A stretch of DNA of 37,263 nucleotides from the NCBI GenBank assembly GCA_964526535.1, contig CAZGIU010000001.1, positions 1-37,263 on the forward strand, given 5' to 3'. Source of the DNA: an uncultured Candidatus Saccharibacteria bacterium. GTDB lineage: Bacteria; Patescibacteriota; CPR2_A; CG2-30-33-46; CAZGIU01. The notes below the pieces were generated by a model that saw nothing but the letters and a program-made list of their open reading frames with translations, was not told the DNA's origin and searched no databases. The position numbers were made by a program, and so were the translations under genes. This document shows positions 33,490 through 37,263 of the stretch, piece after piece. Positions within the stretch are counted from its first letter, which is position 1. Every line of letters begins with the position of its first letter.

Positions 33490-36003
33490 TTAATTATTTT
33501 TTATATTATATAGTAAATCTTGTTTATTAACAACAAATTTCTCACCTTTTTTGATTTCATCTTTAATAATTTTATCAGCTAAAAAGTTTTCCAAAATATC
33601 CTGAATAGCCCTTCTCATCGGCCTGGCACCAAACTCAGGCTGATAACCTTTTTCAATCAAAATATTTAAAACATCTTTGTTAATTTCAATTAAATAACCC
33701 TTGCTTTCAAAATCTTTTATCATTTTAGCAATTATATTTTTAGCAATTTGTCGTAGATTATCTTGAGTAAGCGGTTTAAACATTACAACCTCATCGAAAC
33801 GATTTAAAAACTCTGGCGTAAAAATACCTTTTTTCTGAAGAGACTCAAAAACCTCTTCTTTAAGATCTTGCCAATCTCTATTTTTAGCTAATCCCTCTCT
33901 TATCATATTAGCCTCAGCATTAGAAGTTGTAATAATAATTGAATTTGTAAATTTAACTATATTGCCCATGCCATCTTTAGTGTAGCCTTCATCAAAAATT
34001 TGAAGAAAAATATTGAGAATATTTTTATGAGCTTTTTCGAGTTCATCTAATAAAATTACAGAAAAGGGTTTTTGCTTAATTTCCTTAACCAATTGCCCGC
34101 CCTCAAGCTCATCTAAACCTGTTTGTTTTTGACCCAAGAAATCTTTAATTGAGGAGGGTTCTTGATATTGATTCATATCCATTCTAATGATAGCTTTTTC
34201 ATCACCAAAATAAGACTGAGCTAAGGTTTTAGCAACTTCTGTTTTACCAACTCCTGTCGGACCTAAAAACAAGAAAACTCCAATAGGCCGAGCCGAATCA
34301 TTAACCTGAGCTCTCTTCCTTTTAAGAGCGTTAACAATAGCCGAGATGGCCTCATCTTGGCTTACTACTCTTTGGTGCATAACCTCTTCTAACTTCAATA
34401 AAGAATTTTTTTCTTCTTTTGCAACTGTAGCAACTGGGATCGATAAAATACCTTCACAAACTCTACTAACTATCTGTTTATCAATTACATCCAAGCTATC
34501 TCTTTTAGCGCAAGAAATTACATTTTCCATTAAGTCTATGGCTTTGCGAGGAAATTCTCTATCATCAATAAATTGATCAGCTATCCGATAAATTTCCTTT
34601 AAAGCATTGTAGGTTAGTCTAACTTGATATTTACTGAAAAAATAAAGGCTTAAGTCAGCCAAAACCTTAATAGTTTGATCTTTGGTTGTTGGCGGTATCT
34701 TAATATTTTCAAATAAACCTGCAAAAGAAGATTTAGGCGAAAGATAGGATTCATAATTTCTTTGAGTAGTAGCGCCAATTACCCTAATCTCACCCGACTG
34801 AAGATAAGGACTTAAAACTTCGGTGGCATCCACAGCCCCAACCTTTCCATTGCCACCTTGAAATAAAGTATGAATGTTGTCGATAAATAAAATTATATTA
34901 CCAGCCTGGGCTGCATCTTGGAGAACCATTATAAGCCTTTGTTGAATTTCTTGAGGATTCTGAACTCCAGCCACTAAAGCTTCAGTGTTAAGCTGAATAA
35001 TTCTCTTGTGTTTTAACTCTTTTGTGGTTTCATAACTAAAAAGCTTAGCAGCTAAAGCATTAACAATGGTTTTTTTGCCTGAACCCGGCTCACCAATTAA
35101 CAAACAATTATTATTACCGGGCTTAGAAAGTACAGTTTCTATCTGAGAAATAATATGTTTTCGGCCAACTACATAAGATTCATCAAAAAATTTCGGACCA
35201 TTAATATGCATACCATAGATATCTAAATATAAGGTGTAACCATAAGCCCAGTCTTCACCAATACCAGTAACATTAGTTTTAAGTTTTTCAATTAAAGGTT
35301 TTTGATATTTAGCTTTATTAAAAACTGAGTTAGCCCAAAATAAGATATTCCTAATATCATTTAATTCTAATTCTAAAGTAGCGCCAAAGCTATCAAAATC
35401 AGGTAAAAGTTTAATAAAACCATAAAAAATATCAGCTGTCGTTAATCTTTTTTCTCCTTCAGCCAAAGCACTCTCTATAGAGTTATCTAAAATCAGACCT
35501 AGAGATTCTTGACCATTTGAAGCTGAAATCTGAGTTAAGATTATTGATAGATGACTATCGGTAACACCCATTTCGTTTAAAGCAAAAATTACTCTTTTAG
35601 ATGAAACTATGTCAGAAAAAAGTTTACCCAAATCACAGTTATTAAGATCATACTTGCCAAAAATTCTGGCTACTTCCAAATCAGCTATGGCAAAAACATT
35701 AAAGTTATTTTTGTCTGGTGAGATTTCCCTTAACCTCTCTTCTTGGCGAAAATATAATCTTAAAAAGACATAAATAATAAAAGATTTTACTCCTAAAAAT
35801 CCTAAAAATTTAAAAACATAGATCAGGGCTTCAAAATTAACCAGCTTTAAATAATCAAGCAAAATTAAAATATATGAAAAAATACCTAATAACCAAATTG
35901 CCTTTAAAACAATGAAAATATTCTCAGATTTAAAATAATGCCACAAATTAGCAGTCTGAATATAACTATAATCTTTTTGATAATCTATTTGATATTTGCT
36001 CAT
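33490..36003 (-). CDS. Membrane-anchored Hsp100/Clp-like double AAA+ protein (837 aa); D1 degenerate, D2 intact, no M-domain
   Basis: aa 27-85 are hydrophobic (2-3 TM helices). Clp_N-like repeats follow. D1 reads 'LLIGEPGSGKKTIV...ILFIDNIHTL...VIGATT...FPRKAIDLM'. D2 reads 'FLGPTGVGKTE...VILLDELEKAH...ITTSN...EFLNRFDEVVMF...GARPMRRAI'. Confidence 0.85.
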   Translation of the reverse strand: MSKYQIDYQKDYSYIQTANLWHYFKSENIFIVLKAIWLLGIFSYILILLDYLKLVNFEALIYVFKFLGFLGVKSFIIYVFLRLYFRQEERLREISPDKNNFNVFAIADLEVARIFGKYDLNNCDLGKLFSDIVSSKRVIFALNEMGVTDSHLSIILTQISASNGQESLGLILDNSIESALAEGEKRLTTADIFYGFIKLLPDFDSFGATLELELNDIRNILFWANSVFNKAKYQKPLIEKLKTNVTGIGEDWAYGYTLYLDIYGMHINGPKFFDESYVVGRKHIISQIETVLSKPGNNNCLLIGEPGSGKKTIVNALAAKLFSYETTKELKHKRIIQLNTEALVAGVQNPQEIQQRLIMVLQDAAQAGNIILFIDNIHTLFQGGNGKVGAVDATEVLSPYLQSGEIRVIGATTQRNYESYLSPKSSFAGLFENIKIPPTTKDQTIKVLADLSLYFFSKYQVRLTYNALKEIYRIADQFIDDREFPRKAIDLMENVISCAKRDSLDVIDKQIVSRVCEGILSIPVATVAKEEKNSLLKLEEVMHQRVVSQDEAISAIVNALKRKRAQVNDSARPIGVFLFLGPTGVGKTEVAKTLAQSYFGDEKAIIRMDMNQYQEPSSIKDFLGQKQTGLDELEGGQLVKEIKQKPFSVILLDELEKAHKNILNIFLQIFDEGYTKDGMGNIVKFTNSIIITTSNAEANMIREGLAKNRDWQDLKEEVFESLQKKGIFTPEFLNRFDEVVMFKPLTQDNLRQIAKNIIAKMIKDFESKGYLIEINKDVLNILIEKGYQPEFGARPMRRAIQDILENFLADKIIKDEIKKGEKFVVNKQDLLYNIKNN

Positions 36004-36004
36004 A

Positions 36005-36376
36005 TTAAATAAAAATATAAATAAATGATATTAAAGCAATAGCCGGCATAAAAAACCAAAAAACCAAGCTAAAAGCCAAAAATAAAATATAGAAAAATAG
36101 AAAAACTAAATAGACGATAATCAAGAAAAATCTTAAAACAAAACCAACTAAGCGGGAAATAAGGGTATCAGCTAAGGATTGAAAAAAATTATCAAGACCT
36201 CTGCCTTGCTGACCAACAATTCTTTTCCAGGGTTTAAAAATATTAGTTATTAAGTCAATCGGCGAAAAATAATTTGAAGTATGTATAAAATAGGCCGACA
36301 AAAAATCGAACAAAGAAGCAATTCCCTTTGAATACCACCACCTAAATAATGTAGGTAAAAAAGTAAAATATACCAT
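36005..36376 (-). CDS. Hypothetical polytopic membrane protein (123 aa)
   Basis: An aromatic-rich N-terminus 'FRWWYSKG...FKPWKRIVGQQGRG' is followed by very hydrophobic helices (FFLIIVYLVFLFFYILFLAFSLVFWFFMPAIALISFIYIFI). The stop lies 1 nt from the Clp-like ATG. Confidence 0.5.
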   Translation of the reverse strand: MVYFTFLPTLFRWWYSKGIASLFDFLSAYFIHTSNYFSPIDLITNIFKPWKRIVGQQGRGLDNFFQSLADTLISRLVGFVLRFFLIIVYLVFLFFYILFLAFSLVFWFFMPAIALISFIYIFI

Positions 36377-36408
36377 TTAAATTACTATAACTCATTTAAG
36401 GCTAAAAA

Positions 36409-37179
36409 TTAACTAACAAAATTAAGATAATTTATCCTTTTAAATCTAAGAGGCTTTGCAACCACAATAAACGGGAAACTTTCTATTAAAGTATTAAATT
36501 TATTAACGGATTTATTATAAAATTTCCTAGAATATAAAATTCTCTCCTCAGTATCGAAATAAGCTTCAGATAGCTTCTTAAAGCTTTCAGAGGCTCTAAT
36601 TTTGGGATTACTTTCTAAGATTATAAAAACTTCGCTTGAGACACTCTCATTTTTTATTTGACTCGAACTAGAAACAAAATCTTTTTTAGCCCTACTTAGG
36701 GAAATTAATGTCTGAAGCTCTTTTTCATACGAAGCAAAGGCTTTAACCACATCTAACATCTGAATTATCAAGTCATGCCTTCTTTTGAGTTCTGCGTCAA
36801 TATTACTTAAAGAATTTTTGACCCTCTGCCTTAAAACAACCATCCTGTTATACATCGATAATATTACAGTCCCTAAAATTAAGGTGTTCCCAAATGTTAA
36901 CAAAAGCCCCATCAATTCCTTGCTAAACGAAAAGAGATATTCTGCTGCAAAAACAGAAAGAGTAAAGGCAATGGCAATAATAAGATGAATGGAATAAAGA
37001 ATTAACTTTCCTCTATAGAAACTATCAACATACTGGCTTCTGTTATCTCTACTAACTATTAAGGGGTGATTAGTATCTTCTGAAATTACCAACTTACCAT
37101 TCTTCTTTTTTATAACTCCATAAAAAAAGGCATTAATATTTGGTCTTAAAACATACTCGCTTTTCCTATACTTTTGCAT
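36409..37179 (-). CDS. lemA: LemA-family protein with extra N-terminal domain and two TM helices (at least 256 aa; frame stays open to the window edge)
   Basis: LemA core: 'LRQRVKNSLSNIDAELKRRHDLIIQMLDVVKAFASYEKELQ...', 'ESNPKIRASESFKKLSEAYFDTEERILYSRKFYNKSVNKFNTLIESFPFIVVA'. The 28 codons upstream of ATG 37179 (37180-37263) contain no stop, so the true start may lie outside the window. Confidence 0.8.
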   Translation of the reverse strand: MQKYRKSEYVLRPNINAFFYGVIKKKNGKLVISEDTNHPLIVSRDNRSQYVDSFYRGKLILYSIHLIIAIAFTLSVFAAEYLFSFSKELMGLLLTFGNTLILGTVILSMYNRMVVLRQRVKNSLSNIDAELKRRHDLIIQMLDVVKAFASYEKELQTLISLSRAKKDFVSSSSQIKNESVSSEVFIILESNPKIRASESFKKLSEAYFDTEERILYSRKFYNKSVNKFNTLIESFPFIVVAKPLRFKRINYLNFVS

Positions 37180-37263
37180 ACCGTACCTTATACCTAAAAA
37201 CTTTTTATCAGATTCTTCACCGTAGACCTGTCTAAATAAAACTTGTTCAGTATTAATTTCACT

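Noticed and set aside
34346-34576. 76-aa plus-strand ORF
   Set aside because: Antisense inside the Clp-like gene. Shadow ORF.
36785-36988. 67-aa plus-strand ORF
   Set aside because: Antisense inside the LemA-like gene. Shadow ORF.
1-37263. CRISPR arrays, IS/transposases, prophage genes, rRNA, and an alternative genetic code (UGA recoding)
   Set aside because: No spaced direct repeats or transposase/integrase-like ORFs were seen. All long ORFs are intact under the standard code. TGA terminates tsaE (3527-3529), the ABC ATPase (7412-7414), the GspJ-like gene (11316-11318) and the hook protein (29760-29762).

Overview
This is a 37.3-kb, AT-rich window (roughly 30% GC by eye). It is very gene-dense, with almost no non-coding DNA and many 1-20 nt gene overlaps. 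There are three strand blocks: 1-8092 minus, 8176-15066 plus, and 15057-37263 minus. The genetic code is standard, since TGA acts as a stop in several ATGA overlaps. A 134-aa truncated TsaB, secretin-less type IV pilus genes, a lamin-tail-domain surface protein, a compact UvrC and long co-directional arrays of unrelated genes together fit a streamlined Patescibacteria/CPR-like bacterium (inference). Housekeeping content: tRNA-Pro(UGG), HU, YmdB, RNase Y, TsaB/TsaE, UvrA, UvrC, PheS/PheT, PGI, a small NDP-sugar/phosphoglycosyl-transferase module and two GT4 glycosyltransferases. Envelope/accessory content: a MacB-type ABC exporter, a Zn-ribbon protein and an LTD-4xOB surface protein. These are transcribed divergently from a cluster of pilB, four minor pilins (GspH/I/J/K-like order) and pilMNO. 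I saw no mobile elements, CRISPR, rRNA or recognisable defence genes. There are two best candidates for something undescribed. (i) 31590-37263 holds a LemA-like protein, a 123-aa polytopic membrane protein, a membrane-anchored Hsp100/Clp-like double AAA+ protein and two tandem paralogous single-pass proteins. The AAA+ protein has a degenerate D1 ring and lacks both pore-loop tyrosines; the paralogs end in KK[ST]NFVLF. (ii) 29389-31517 holds a membrane-anchored RmuC, then a head-less 238-aa coiled-coil protein with a central Rad50-like CPIC zinc-hook motif, then a translationally coupled 4-TM protein. Also noted: a 44-bp perfect palindrome built from four AACATTCT 8-mers, a structured ~170-nt rny leader, and recurrent extended -10 promoters only 7-8 nt from the ATG (candidate leaderless mRNAs). 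All homology calls come from reading motifs by eye; no searches were run.
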